A stretch of DNA of 64,000 bases from Eledone cirrhosa (Eukaryota), in the NCBI GenBank assembly GCA_964016885.1, contig OZ024762.1, forward strand, positions 18,538,001 to 18,602,000. The letters run 5' to 3'. Positions 39,740 through 55,347 of this stretch are shown one piece after another. The number at the start of each line of letters is the position of its first letter. Within the stretch, counting starts at the first letter, position 1. Below the pieces are notes generated by a model that saw only the letters and a list, made by a program, of their open reading frames with translations, did no database searches and was not told the origin of the DNA. The position numbers and the translations under genes were made by a program.

Positions 39740-42700
39740 TAGTGGAGGTGGTGTGGTGGTGTGGTGGTGTTGTGGTGTGGTGGTGTGGTGGTGGTGTTGT
39801 GGTGTGGTGGTGTGGTGGTGTTGTGGTGGTGTGGTGGTGGTGTGGTGGTGTGGTGGTGGTGGTGGTGGTGTGGTGGTGTGGTGTTGTGGTGGTGTGGTGG
39901 TGTGGTGGTGGTGTGGTGGTGTTGTGGTGGTGTGGTGTTGTGGTGGTGTTGTGGTGTGGTGGTGGTGTGGTGGTGGTGTGGTGGTGGTGGTGGTGTGGTG
40001 GTGTGGTGTTGTGGTGGTGTGGTGGTGTTGTGGTGTGGTGGTGTGGTGGTGTGGTGGTGTGGTGGTGTGGTGGTGTGGTGGTGGTGTTGTGGTGGTGTGG
40101 TGGTGTGGTGGTGTGGTGGTGGTGTTGTGTGTGGTGGTGTGGTGGTGTGGTGTTGTGGTGGTGTGGTGGTGTTGTGGTGGTGTGGTGTTGTGGTGGTGTG
40201 GTGGTGTGGTGGTGGTGTGGTGTTGTGGTGGTGGTGTTGTGGTGGTGTGGTGGTGGTGTGGTGGTGGTGTGGTGGTGTGGTGGTGGTGTGGTGGTGTTGT
40301 GGTGTGGTGGTGTTGTGGTGGTGTGGTGTTGTGGTGGTGTGGTGGTGTGGTGGTGTGGTGGTGTGGTGGTGGTGTTAGTGGTGTTGGTGTTGGTGGTGTT
40401 GGTGTTGTGGTGGTGTAGTGTTGTGGTGGTGTGGTGGTGGTGTGGTGGTGGTGTTGTGGTGGTGTGGTGTTGTGGTGGTGTGGTGGTGTGGTGGTGGTGG
40501 TGTTGTGGTGTTGTGGTGGTGGTGGTGTGGTGGTGGTGTGGTGGTGTGGTGGTGTTGTGGTGGTGTGGTGTTGTGGTGGTGTGGTGGTGTTGTGGTGGTG
40601 TGGTGGTGTTGTGGTGTGGTGGTGTGGTGGTGGTGGTGGTGGTTTGGTGGTGGTGTGGTGCTGGTGTGGTGGTGTGGTGTTGTGGTGGTGTTGTGGTGTG
40701 GTGGTGGTGGTGGTGTGGTGGTGGTGGTGTGGTGGTGGTGTGGTGGTGTGGTGGTGGTGTGGTGGTGTGGTGGTGGTGGTGTTGTGGTGTGGTGGTGTGG
40801 TGGTGGTGTGGTGGTGTTGTGGTGTGGTGGTGTTGTGGTGGTGTGGTGTTGTGGTGGTGTGGTGGTGTGGTGGTGTGGTGGTGTGGTGGTGGTGTTAGTG
40901 GTGTTGGTGTTGGTGGTGTTGGTGTTGTGGTGGTGTGGTGTTGTGGTGGTGTGGTGGTGGTGTGGTGGTGGTGTTGTGGTGGTGTGGTGTTGTGGTGGTG
41001 TGGTGGTGTGGTGGTGGTGGTGTTGTGGTGTTGTGGTGGTGGTGGTGTGGTGGTGGTGGTGGTGGTGTTGTGGTGGTGTGGTGGTGGTGTTGTGTGTGGT
41101 GGTGTGGTGGTGTTGTGGTGATGTGGTGGTGTTGTGGTGGTGTGGTGGTGGTGTTGGTGGTGTTGTGGTGGTGTGGTGGTGTTGTGGTGTGGTGGTGGTG
41201 GTGTGGTGGTGTTGTGGTGGTGTGGTGGTGTTGTGGTGTGGTGGTGGTGGTGTGGTGGTGTGGTGGTGGTGTGGTGGTGTGGTGGTGTGGTGGTGGTGTG
41301 GTGGTGTGGTGGTGGTGTTGTGTGTGGTGGTGTGGTGGTGTTGTGGTGGTGTGGTGGTGTTGTGGTGGTGTGGTGGTGGTGTTGGTGGTGTTGTGGTGGT
41401 GTGGTGGTGTTGTGGTGTGGTGGTGGTGGTGTGGTGGTGTGGTGGTGGTGTGGTGGTGTGGTGGTGTGGTGGTGGTGTGGTGGTGTGGTGGTGGTGGTGG
41501 TGGTGTGGTGGTGTGGTGGTGGTGTGGTGGTGTGGTGTTGTGGTGGTGTGGTGGTGGTGTGGTGTTGTGGTGGTGTGGTGTTGTGGTGGTGTTGTGTGGT
41601 GTTATGGTGTGGTGGTGGTGTTGTGGTGGTGTGGTGGTGTGGTGGTGGTGTGGTGGTGTGGTGGTGGTGGTGGTGGTGTGGTGGTGTGGTGGTGGTGTGG
41701 TGGTGTGGTGTTGTGGTGGTGTGGTGGTGTGGTGGTGTGGTGGTGGTGGTGGTGTGGTGGTGTTGTGGTGTGGTGGTGTGGTGGTGTGGTGTTGTGGTGG
41801 TGGTGTTGTGGTGGTGGTGGTGGTGTTGTGTGTGGTGGTGTGGTGGTGGTGTGGTGGTGTGGTGGTGGTGTGGTGGTGTTGTGGTGGTGTGGTGTTGTGG
41901 TGGTGTGGTGGTGTGGTGGTGTGGTGGTGTGGTGGTGGTGGTGGTGGTGTTGTGGTGGTGTTGTGGTGTTGTGGTGGTGTGGTGGTGTGGTGGTGGTGTG
42001 GTGGTGTTGTGGTGGTGTGGTGTTGTGGTGGTGTGGTGGTGTGGTGGTGTGGTGGTGGTGTGGTGGTGTTGTGGTGGTGTGGTGGTGTGGTGGTGTGGTG
42101 GTGGTGTGGCGGTGGTGGTGGTGTGGTGGTGTGGTGGTGGTGTGGTGGTGGTGTGGTGGTGGTGGTGGTGTTGTGTGTGGTGGTGTGGTGGTGGTGTTGG
42201 TGGTGTTGTGGTGGTGTTGTGGTGTTGTGGTGGTGTGGTCGTGGTCGTGTGGCGGTGGTGGTGGTGTGGTGGTGTGGTGGTGGTGTGGTGGTGGTGTGGT
42301 GGTGGTGGTGGTGTTGTGTGTGGTGGTGTGGTGGTGGTGTTGTGGTGTTGTGGTGGTGTGGTGGTGGTGGTGGTAGTGTCGTTGTTGTGGTGGTGTTGTG
42401 GTGGTGTGGTGTTGTGGTGGTGTGGTGGTGTTGTGGTGTGGTGGTGTGGTGGTGGTGGTGGTGGTGGTGTTGTGGTGGTGTGGTGGTGGTGTGGTGGTGG
42501 TGGTGGTGTTGTGTGTGGTGGTGTGGTGGTGGTGTTGGTGGTGTTGGTGTTGGTGGTGGTGGTGGTGTGATGGTGTGGTGGTGTGGTGGTGGTGGTGTGG
42601 CGGTGTGGTGGTGGTGGTGTGGCGGTGGTGTTGTGGTGGTGTGGTGGTGGTAGTGTCGTTGTTGTGGTGGTGGTGTTGTGGTGTGGTGGTGGTGGTGGTG

Positions 42701-42955
42701 TTGTGGTGGTGGTGTGGTGGAGTGGTGGTGTGGTGGTGGTGGTGGTGTTGTGGTGGTGTGGTGGTGTGGTGTGGTGGTGTGGTGGTGGTGTTGTGTGTGG
42801 TGGTGTGGTGGTGGTGTTGTGTGTGGTGGTGTGGTGGTGGTGTTGGTGGTGTTGGTGGTGTTGGTGGTGTTGGTGGTGGTAGTCGTGGTGGTGGTGGTGG
42901 TGGTGGTGGTGTTGGTGGTGTTGGTGGTGGTGGTAGTGGTGGTGGTGGAGGTAGT
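39740..42955. repeat. 3.2-kb G-rich (TGG/TGTGG) degenerate satellite
   Basis: Directly visible. Confidence 0.97.
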
Positions 42956-43201
42956 GTTCCTAATAATATCACACAAAATTATATATGACCATCAGATTAT
43001 TTCATAACGGATACAAATTATTTTATTACACACACATGTACACACACACACACACACACATGTACACACACACATGTATACACACACATGTACACACACA
43101 TATGTACACACACACACACTATCACACACGCACATGTGCAGACCCACACATAATCACATACACATATACTCACACACAATCATATACACACGCACACAAA
43201 C

Positions 43202-43236
<35 letters not shown>

Positions 43237-43727
43237 AACACAGACAATCACACAAACACAAACACACACACACACACACACTCACACACATTCATACACT
43301 CACATATTCACATACACACACACATTCACACACACACATACATACACACACACATACACACACACACGCACACTCACACACACGCACAAATGCACATACA
43401 CGCGATGTAGACCTGTTCTATATTTTTGGTAAATGCATTCGATATTCTGAGAATGGGATTGGCGTTGTGCAGCGCCTTTCCTCACTTGCATCTCCCTTAC
43501 CAACCTCTGGGGAAACGCCTTCTCTATTCTGTCCTCCGCTGGGGCTGTGGGGTGGCCAGCACGTGGGGCCCCATTTGCTCAGCCTAAAGAGAGATGTGGA
43601 GGGCGAGAGAGATGGAGGCGATGACAGCGAGGGGAGTTCGGCTCTTCCACGTTCGGACCATACCCTTGTAGTTGTGTTCATCATCTATAATAGTTAAATT
43701 TACATATGTTATCCAGTATTATTTCTT

Positions 43728-44100
43728 GGCAGTGGATTGGCAGTATCGGTGGAGGGTCGGACGCCATGCTTTTCAGCATAGTTACGTCCCTTTACGATCT
43801 GAGTTCAAATCCCGCCGAGGTTGACTTTGCCTTTCATCCTTCCGGGGTCGATAAAATAAAGTACCAGTAATGCACTGGGTAATTGCTGGCCTTGTGCCTA
43901 AAGTAGAAACAATTATTTCTTGGCAGTATCGGTAGAGGGTCGGACGCCATTCTTTCCAGCATAGTTACGTCCCTTTACGGTCTGAGTTAAAATCTCGTCC
44001 AGGTTAAGTTTGTCTTTCATCCTTACGGGATCAATAAAATAAAGTACCAGTAATGCACTGGGTAATTGCTGGCCTTGTGCCAAAAAGTAGAAACAATTAT
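43728..44100 (+). mobile_element. Two tandem tRNA-SINE copies
   Basis: Full consensus with A/B boxes. Confidence 0.92.
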
Positions 44101-44210
44101 TTCTATTTTCTCATAGTTAAAAAAGCTCCAAGCACAGAAATTGCTTAATATGTAACATTTTCTTAAGTATGAAGCGTTCGCATTTCTCGAAATCGTGTTG
44201 CAGCCACCAT

Positions 44211-44294
<84 letters not shown>

Positions 44295-44369
44295 GTATAC
44301 ATATATATATATATATATATATGAATTCAAGGTAGGGGCACGCAGATTAAAAACAATGAAAAAAAACAA

Positions 44370-44575
44370 CAACAGAAAGAGGGACAGTCCCATCTCCTCA
44401 GTCAGCCTCTGGAATCGCATACGAGGAAGTAAAAAGAGATGTGAGGAAGGGCATTACTGATGCATTTCCAGACAGCAAAGGTCCTCTCATGGCGCTGACA
44501 TGCAGCGTCTGTGCGAGACTCTGCCTAAGCAAAGCTGGACTCAAAAGTCATCTCCGCAGTCATAAAGTAAGACCA
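44370..44575 (+). mobile_element. RTE 3' fragment with C2H2 finger
   Basis: W.NRI..CSVCARLCLSKAGLKSHLRSH. Confidence 0.65.
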
Positions 44576-44609
44576 GTGGTTGACTACCAGGCTGCTGTCG
44601 AAGATGCAG

Positions 44610-45172
44610 CTCATAATTGTTTCTACTTTAGGCACAAGGCCAGAAATTACCCAGTGCATTACTGGTACTTTATTTTATCGACCCCGTAAGGATGAAAGGC
44701 AAAGTCAACCTCGGCGGGATTTGAACTCAGATCGTAAAGGGACGTAACTATGCTGCAAAGCATGGTGTATGAGCCTCTACCGATACTGCCAAGCTGCTCA
44801 TAATTGTTTCTATTTTAGGCACAAGGCCAGCAATTACCCAGTACATTACTGGTACTTTATTTTATCGACCTCGTAAGGATGAAAGGCAAAGTCAACCTCG
44901 GCGGGATTTGAACTCAGATCGTAAAGGGACGTAACTATGCTGCAAAGCATGGCGTATGAGCCTCTACCGATACTGCCAAGCTGCTCATAATTGTTTCTAC
45001 TTTTGGCACAAGGCCAGCAATTATCCAGTGCATTACTGGTACTTTATTTTATCGACCCCGTAAGGATGAAAGGCAAAGTTAACCTCGGCGGGATTTGAAC
45101 TCAAACCATAAAGGGGCGTAACTCTTTGCTGCAAAGCATAGCGTCAGACCCTCTACCGATACTGCCAATCAT
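44610..45172 (-). mobile_element. Head-to-tail SINE trimer
   Basis: Three ~185-bp units joined by gctgctc. Confidence 0.92.
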
Positions 45173-45493
45173 GCCTGCCAAACATGTGGTAGAGAGTGTA
45201 GATCAACAGGAGGGCTCAAATGTCATGCAAAAGTACATGAAGTCCAACCACAGCCGGCTATTCCCAGTGAATGTTTTGGTTGCCAACTCTGTAGAAGACA
45301 TTTTAGATCATTGGCTGGGCTAAAAAGCCACATTCGATCGCAGCACCGTTAATTATTAATATATATGTCTTTTATTATTTATTTTATTCTAATAATTCAT
45401 ATATATGTTATTATTCGTGCAATGGCCATACTCGATAACGAGGAGGCAGCCATCATGTATGTATGTATGTATGTATGTATGTATGTATGTATG

Positions 45494-45524
<31 letters not shown>

Positions 45525-45829
45525 GTATGTATGTAAGTATGTATGTATGTATGTATGTATGTATTTATGTATGTTATTCTGGTTTTATAATTTCACAAAT
45601 TTTTTCCCAATAGAGAAAGAGTCTGTTTCTAACATAGACAAAACTCTCTCATTGGAATTTACACAACATCAACTAGGTAGATATGTATGTATGCATGTGT
45701 AGATATGGATGTTATTGTATGTGTGGATGTGTATGTTTTGAGTTGTATGTGTGCATGTGTATATGCTTTGTATCTGTACATGTGTATATGCAGTTATTAG
45801 ATGCAAAATATTTGGAATGTTTTACATAT

Positions 45830-46140
45830 TTTTACTCTTTAATGGATTGTACTTGTAATTTCCTAACTAGTTGTGTTCTTTCTGTTCCTGTGAAACCTAG
45901 CTTCTCAAGATTTGTATTGAGGCAGTTACTAACATACCACAGTGCCCCAATAATAACAAGCATAAATCTGAAGGTGTAATCAGGGTGGAGTATCTGCAGA
46001 ATTCTCATCAGTTCTGCATAAATATTCTCCTTTTCGCTAATCTTTGATATTATATTGGCATCTGCTAGGCAGCTAACTTCCACTACTGTGCATTCTTTCT
46101 TCTCCCTGTCCCATATCATAATATCTGGTCTGTTATGCAT
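45830..46140 (-). mobile_element. Diverged R4/Dong-like endonuclease fragment
   Basis: HNRPDIMIWD..VVEVSC..EKENIY..IIGAL; flanked by TATG-rich tracts. Confidence 0.82.
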
Positions 46141-46183
46141 GTATTTATGTATGTATGTATTTAGTCTTCAATTTTATTATTAT

Positions 46184-46244
<61 letters not shown>

Positions 46245-46268
46245 CGAATCCCCACGCACGTACATACG

Positions 46269-46335
<67 letters not shown>

Positions 46336-46695
46336 ACACACGCACACACACACACATACTTAGTGTCACAGACATTAAATTTATTACTTCGATCAACATA
46401 AATTCCTACACAGAAATATTTCTTAAAATATTCAGCATATTTAATAAAGTAAATTCATCGCTTGAGTTTTAATTTGCACGCAATAGATCTTGTAAAGCGC
46501 CACATAACTTAATTACATCTACATTTATAATTTGGTAAATCTCTTGAAAGACGAAAGCGCTACATTAAAATTATATGCAACATTTTATTATTACATATTT
46601 TGCCCCAAGTGCTAAACAGTATTTCATTACATCTTTTGAGAATTATTTTTCATACATCTATATATATGTATATAATATATATATATATATATGTA

Positions 46696-46732
<37 letters not shown>

Positions 46733-46772
46733 TTTATATTATATATGAATATATATATATATATACACATTC

Positions 46773-46849
<77 letters not shown>

Positions 46850-46964
46850 TATATAATATAAATAATATATATATATTCATTCATGTATGTATGTATATAT
46901 TGGTGTGTGCGTACATATAGCTGGTTATATATATATATATATGTGTGTGTGTGAGAGAGAGAGG

Positions 46965-46996
<32 letters not shown>

Positions 46997-47123
46997 AAGG
47001 GTGATGGAGAGAGAGGCAGAGGAGGGGAAAGACAGAAGTTATAAACAAATATATGTATATGTGTGTGTATATATATATATATATACATTATATATATTTA
47101 TGTATATATACATATACTTATAC

Positions 47124-47204
<81 letters not shown>

Positions 47205-47279
47205 ATATATATTTATGTATATATACATATACTTACACACACACACATATATATATATATGTATATATATATATATGCA

Positions 47280-47337
<58 letters not shown>

Positions 47338-47514
47338 GATATATATTTATGTATATATATATACATATACTTATACATATACATATATATATTTCGTTTC
47401 TGAATTTGTTTAGCAAAATTCTTTATCTGAAATCGTGTGTTGAAACCGATATTGTTATACTTTGGGAGGGTCATGTTGCCAATAAGAAACACACGCACCA
47501 GTTGCTTTCACTTC

Positions 47515-47714
47515 NNNNNNNNNNNNNNNNNNNNNNNNNNNNNNNNNNNNNNNNNNNNNNNNNNNNNNNNNNNNNNNNNNNNNNNNNNNNNNNNNNNNNN
47601 NNNNNNNNNNNNNNNNNNNNNNNNNNNNNNNNNNNNNNNNNNNNNNNNNNNNNNNNNNNNNNNNNNNNNNNNNNNNNNNNNNNNNNNNNNNNNNNNNNNN
47701 NNNNNNNNNNNNNN
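47515..47714. other. Assembly gap (200 N)
   Basis: N run. Confidence 1.
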
Positions 47715-47722
47715 TCTCTCCC

Positions 47723-47772
<50 letters not shown>

Positions 47773-47774
47773 TG

Positions 47775-47875
<101 letters not shown>

Positions 47876-47970
47876 AGATGACAACATGAATGGACCTGTT
47901 TATTTTCCTCTAAAAATATTTTCCGATTCCGCCCTACCCGCCCTATCAATCTTTCTAATTGCTCACTCTT

Positions 47971-48006
47971 TCTTCTGATGAAGTACCAGCGTTCGAAACG
48001 TCACGA
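47971..48006 (+). ncRNA. Minimal hammerhead (same family as 17588)
   Basis: tctt-CTGATGA-agtaccagcgttc-GAAACG-TC-acga. Confidence 0.55.
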
Positions 48007-48466
48007 TTCTTTTCGTGCTATTTCAAGCGGTAAATTAATATATTCCTTCCATATAGTGTGCCGTTTGTTTTGTTATTCTGTGTGTGTGTATTCTCCATTG
48101 TTCGTCTGGAAAGAGAGAAGCTCTGTTGCTATGAAATGAAAACATCTAGTGGTATCATCGATTGAATTATAACAAAGTTTTTACTGTAAACCCCAGGAGT
48201 GACATAATGTTTCACAGAATGTAAATTTTTGACATAGTCAATTGTTTTTAAATGGAGAAGAATACATAAAACAATATACGATAGAATCGTGATAAACATA
48301 TATATATATATATAATGTATAATAATTATAATATATATATATTATAATATATATATATATGATGTATAATAATGATTAAATATATATATTTATATATATT
48401 TATATATATTTATATATATTTATATATAGGAATACATGTAATCACAAATTTATATGTCTGTTTATG

Positions 48467-48529
<63 letters not shown>

Positions 48530-48639
48530 GTGTGTGTGCGTGTGCCTGTATGTGTGTGTGTCTCTCGGTGTGTGTATGTGTATATATATTGTTCAAAATG
48601 TAATTATATCATTTAATGATAAACAGTCAGTGTAATATA

Positions 48640-48705
<66 letters not shown>

Positions 48706-49185
48706 TGTGTTTGAACAATAAAACATATATATATATATGTTTGTGTGTATGCGTGTGTACTGTTGTAATACATACATAGATTCACATACCACATATACAT
48801 ACACGTATAAACTGACACACACACATATATATATGCATACATATACATATAAATATACATATATATATTTATATATATATACATATATATATATTTATAT
48901 ATTTATATTTATATTTATATATATACATATATACACACATATATATATTTATACATGCATATACATATAAATATTATACATGCATATACATATGTACACA
49001 CATGTACATATATACACAGATGTACACACATACCCTCACACTCACACACTCACACACTCACACATACATATAATATATAATTCAACACAATACAGTATAT
49101 AATTATGATAGAGAAGAAATAAATAGATCTAATATTTAATGAAAACTCGCTGGAAAAGTTTCAGGAAATTTGCTTTCATTAAGAA

Positions 49186-49451
<266 letters not shown>

Positions 49452-49810
49452 TATATATATATATGTATACATATATATATATGTATACATATATATATAA
49501 TATATATGTATATATGTATACATATATATATATGTATACATATATATATATATATATGTATATATGTATACATATATATATATAATTATAGCATATATAT
49601 ACATATATATATATATAATTATTTCTGAAGACAGCATATATATGTGTAGGTATGTATATTCCCTCTGATAGTTTGTAAAATGTTTACATACATCTATATG
49701 ATATACATACCAACACACACATATATATCCTAGAAACGATCGTAAAATGATGAATTTTTATTATAAGGAACTGTTTCTTTGTTTTTATTCATTGTTTTTA
49801 TTAATTTATA

Positions 49811-49859
<49 letters not shown>

Positions 49860-49941
49860 TAACTAATGAAATAAATAAATAAATAGATAAATAAATGAAT
49901 AAATGAATGAATATATAAATTATATATATATATGATATATA

Positions 49942-49987
<46 letters not shown>

Positions 49988-50294
49988 ATATATGTATATA
50001 TATAAATATAAATATATAAATATATATATATATGTATATATATATAAATATATATATATATCCATACCTATATATATGTATATATATAAATATAAATATA
50101 TAAATATATATATGTTTATATATATATGAATACATATATATATATATATATGATATATATATATATACATACATATATATAAATGCATATATATATGTAT
50201 ATATGTATATATATACATATATATATACAAATATATATATATATGTATATATAAATATGAATAAATAAATATATATATATGTATATATATATAA

Positions 50295-50404
<110 letters not shown>

Positions 50405-51599
50405 ACATATATATATAATATATATATATATACATATGGGTATGTGTCTTTGTGCAATGAAATAAATAAATAAACTGCAACAATCCCCCTCAGAAAAGAT
50501 AAAGTAAAATATAAAAAAAAAAAATACGACTTTAAAAAAAATAATTTCTCCTAAAATACAATTGGTTACTGAAGGAAGAAATTACCTCGTCCCTGGGGCA
50601 GGGTAAGGGCGGTTAGGTAATGGTGGTAGGGTCAATATTTTCGCTCTGACCTTATTTCATACAATATTGATAATTATCTTCTTAATTTAATTCCTGAAAT
50701 GAAACAAACACCTCCAAATCGTAAAATTTACTTTAACATTGGTGTGCTTTAAACCGTTAAATATTTGTTTCTACTTTAGGCACAAGGCCAGCAATTACCC
50801 AGTTCATTACTGGTACTTTATTTTATCGACCCCGTAAGGATGAAAGGCAAAGTCAACAAATATTGATGTATAGATATGGCATGGCTTTGTGTTTAGGGAG
50901 TTTGGTTTGTAGCCAATTGCTGCTAGGTTCAGTCACGCTGTGTGGCACTTTGCTTTGACCAATATCTGGAATATATATATATATATATATATATGTCCCA
51001 ATGCTCTGATACCATCAACACCCTAACGGTGAAAGCAGCAATTCTTTGCTTAAACTTTAATCTGTTCTTTTTATATATATATATATATATTAATTAAAGT
51101 AATTACCAAATACGTTCTTACATTAAATAAAGATTTACGAACTTTTCATTCGCTTATTGGGACTTTCAAAACCAGTTATTTATAAGTAAAAGTCTCATTA
51201 TAAAACTCACCAAACCGCCCAACAATTAGCAGTCAGAGAATTTGTTTACATTTACAATTTAAAACGACGCCATTTGTATTGTTTATTATAATAATTGACT
51301 GTATTTTGAGCTGTTTTAACTTCTCCACTTATATTTCGAAATTTTAAATATTGTTTTTGTAAAAAACGATATCTTCTTCATATATATATATATATATATA
51401 TATAAGTTAATATGTTATAAAGAATTTTTTAGGCGCTGATGATAATATTGTCACACTTATCTATTTATTTTTAATGGACTAATACCGATTTATATTCGTT
51501 ATCTCAACATCTATGTCCATTCTTACTGTGCAGTATTTGAAACAACTTGTCAGCCATTAAATATATACATGTATTCATAAATCTTTGTTGTTCTCATTC

Positions 51600-51892
51600 G
51601 CGTGCCCCGTCTTTTTATTCGGGTACCCCGTTTTTTATTTGGGTGCCCGTTTTTTATGGGGGGGGGGGGGTTCAGTTTTTTATGGGGGGGTCCCGTTTTT
51701 TATTGGGGTGCCTCGTTTTTTTATGGGGGGGGGGTCCGTTTTTTATTTGGGTGTCCCGTTTTTTATGGGGGTCTGTCCGTTTTTTTATGGGGGTGGGTCC
51801 GTTTTTTATTTGGGTGCCCCGTTTTTTTATTTGGGTGCCCGTTTTTTATGGGGGGGGGGGAGGGTCCGTTTTTTATTTGGGTGCCCCGTTTT
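51600..51892. repeat. ~21-bp minisatellite of T-run/G-run units (CCGTTTTTTATTTGGGTGCC / TTTTATGGGGGGG)
   Basis: Directly visible. Confidence 0.88.
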
Positions 51893-52240
51893 GGTACAAG
51901 GCCAGCAATTACCCCAGTGCATTACTGGTACTTTATTTTGTTGACTCCGTAAGGATGAAAGACAAAGTTAACCTCGGCGGGATTTGAACTCAGAACGTAA
52001 ATGGACGTAACTCTGAGCCACTAAACATTGTGTCCGACGCTCTACTGATTCTGCCTGTAAATAATTGTTTCTACTTTTGGTACAAGGCCAGCAATTACCC
52101 CCAGTGCATTATTGATACTTTATTTTATTGACTCCGTAAGGATGAAAGAGAAAGTTAACTTCGGCAGGATTTGACCTCAGAACGAACATAAAGGGCCATA
52201 ACTCTATGCTGCAAAGCATGGAGTGTGACGTTCTACCGCC
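51890..52240 (-). mobile_element. Two SINE copies
   Basis: Family consensus. Confidence 0.85.
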
Positions 52241-52355
52241 GGTTAATAATGCTGTAGCTGCTGCAGCTATATCTGCTGGTAATTCTGCTTTCAGAAGAAT
52301 CATATTCTATAGAAATAGGCAAAAGCTAACATTTAATGAACACAGCATCTATGTC

Positions 52356-52400
<45 letters not shown>

Positions 52401-52818
52401 TATATATATATATATATATATTTATATATTCACAATAATATTGACACAGATGTTGTGTATATATATAAATAATATATATATATATATATATATATACATA
52501 CATACGCACGCACACACACAGCCACACACAGACACCCCCCCCCCCCCACACATATATCTCTATATATACTTACACACATACATGTATTCACCATAGAGAG
52601 AAAGAAAAGTGACTGAAATTCAATCGGTGAAAAGAAATTAAGACAGAAAATCTAATTTACATATTTAATTCAATATCTAATTTATTATTTTATTTAAGAT
52701 AGAAATGAAAATTTTAAATAGTTTTAAATGCAACATGGAGGTGTATGATCGACATACATAATGCACAGGCATTGTGGTATTGCTATTATGATTACACACA
52801 CACACATGCATATATATA

Positions 52819-52893
<75 letters not shown>

Positions 52894-53042
52894 ATATATA
52901 TATATATATGTATATACATATATATATGTATATATATATATACATATATATACATATATATATGTATATATATATATATACATATATATACATATATATA
53001 TGTATATATATATATATACATATATATACATATATATATGTA

Positions 53043-53118
<76 letters not shown>

Positions 53119-53135
53119 GACATATGTATATATGC

Positions 53136-53301
<166 letters not shown>

Positions 53302-54427
53302 GCATATATACATATGTCTATATATATATATATATATACATGCATATATACATATGTCTATATATATGTGTATGTATATATATATACACATATTTATATT
53401 TATATATGTATATACATATATATATAGTGTCAAAGAAGAATGGACTAATTTTGTATATGAAAACTTATTTAGATATGCCTATTGTGACATATATTATTTA
53501 AACTTGCACATGTGAGATATATATGTATACATGCAAACACACACACATATATTTATACATACAAACACATATACCTACATACATACACACACATACATAC
53601 ATGCATACATACATACATATATACATACATACATACGTATATTTATTCACACATACATATATTCACATGTTTGTAAGCGTGTATTTATTCACACATTGCT
53701 ATCCAATGAGGAAGTGAGAAACAGTTGTAGCTAATTAGAGAAAGAATTTTAAAAAACGTGCGGGATCAGTAAGTTTTTGAATATAATTTAAAAAATAATA
53801 CCAAATAAATATATAAAAACAAAATGTCGGAAAGTAAATGAATTCATAGTATTTTATACATTTTTTCTTCGGGACTAATTTCGTGTTTATTTGTGATTAA
53901 AGTGAAATGTAATCCGGTATATATATTTGAAGATGTTTAGTGAGATGTGTAGCGTTAACGCTTTTTATGAAGGAGTTTTTGTCTTACCGTAATTCAAGTA
54001 TTTTACAACTTAGATTTGTGCTAAAGAAGTAACCAATTTTTGGTCAGAGGACGCTGCTGCAAGAACCAAATGCCATAACTTGGGTCGGCGCGGGCTGTGT
54101 GTGTAGTTAAATAGTTAAGAGGTTTTCTGGAGCAATATGTTTTCTAAGGCTGCTAGAAATCTGGTTTATAGATGAAACAAGTTCGTTAGCAGAAATTAGT
54201 TTCCAAACCTTTAGAAAAGATCTGAAACCTATATTTCAAAGAGCGTTTCTAAGATCTTAAACCTCCAGTTAACGACTCACACTAACCCAACCATTATCAA
54301 CGTACTAGATGTAATATTACACTTAACTATAGCATTGCACTACCATACAATAAACCACATGAAAAACTTTTAAATACAAAAATATGTTCATATCATTCAC
54401 AATTTTATAAATTTATAAAACAAATAT

Positions 54428-54980
54428 GTTTCTGATTTAGACACAAAGCCAACAATTTTGGGGGTTGAGGGAAAACCGATTAAAAGCGAATTCAGTGCAT
54501 TACTGGTACTTTATTCATACCGTAAGGATGAAAGGCAAAGCTAACTTCCGAGGGAATTGAACTCAGAATGGCAAGGGCCGTAACTCTATACTGCAAAGCC
54601 CGTTGCCCGACGCCCGATTGATACTATCAATCCGCCGCCGATCATAATTAATAATTGTTTCTACTTTTGGCACAAGGCCAGCAATAACCCAGTACATTAC
54701 TGGTACTTTATTTTATCGACCCCGTAAGGATGAAAGGCAAATTAATAATGGTTTCTTATATAGGCAATGCATATAGTATAGGCACAAGACCAGCAATTTG
54801 GGAGAGGGGAATGTCGATTAAATCGACCCCACTGTGTGGCTGGTACTTTATTTTATCGACCCCGTAAGGATGAAAGGCAAAGTTAACCTCGGCGGGATTT
54901 GAACTCAGAATGGCAAGAGCCGTAACTCTATGCGTCAAAGCATGGCGTCCGACCCTCTACCGATGCTGCCAATCCACCGC
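54428..54980 (-). mobile_element. Three SINE copies/fragments
   Basis: Family consensus. Confidence 0.88.
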
Positions 54981-55198
54981 TAATTAATAATGAAAAACTT
55001 CAGCTGTTGGAAACCCAGCTTAGAAGTCACATACGATAACAGCCATATGGAAATTAACGGAGAAGATAAAGCATTATATATCTGTCGATATATTATGTAC
55101 GAGAAAAATGAAAGATAATCTGTTTGACTCACCATTTAGTCTACACGGAGCATGCAGGATAATACAATATATCAATGTTACAATTACATTTTAACACA

Positions 55199-55347
<149 letters not shown>

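Noticed and set aside
39740-42955. Telomeric repeat
   Set aside because: No TTAGGG units; internal location and irregular TGG/TGTGG composition
37902-43007. 400-700-aa His/Thr/Pro or Val/Trp/Cys/Gly proteins
   Set aside because: Low-complexity satellite open in multiple frames; no splice or codon evidence
43728-43820. tRNA gene
   Set aside because: A/B boxes belong to a dispersed tRNA-derived SINE head; no cloverleaf
44490-44565. Host C2H2 zinc-finger gene
   Set aside because: Single finger in the context of an RTE retrotransposon C-terminus
51547-51987. Gly/Phe-rich membrane protein ORFs
   Set aside because: Minisatellite plus SINE read-through in all three frames
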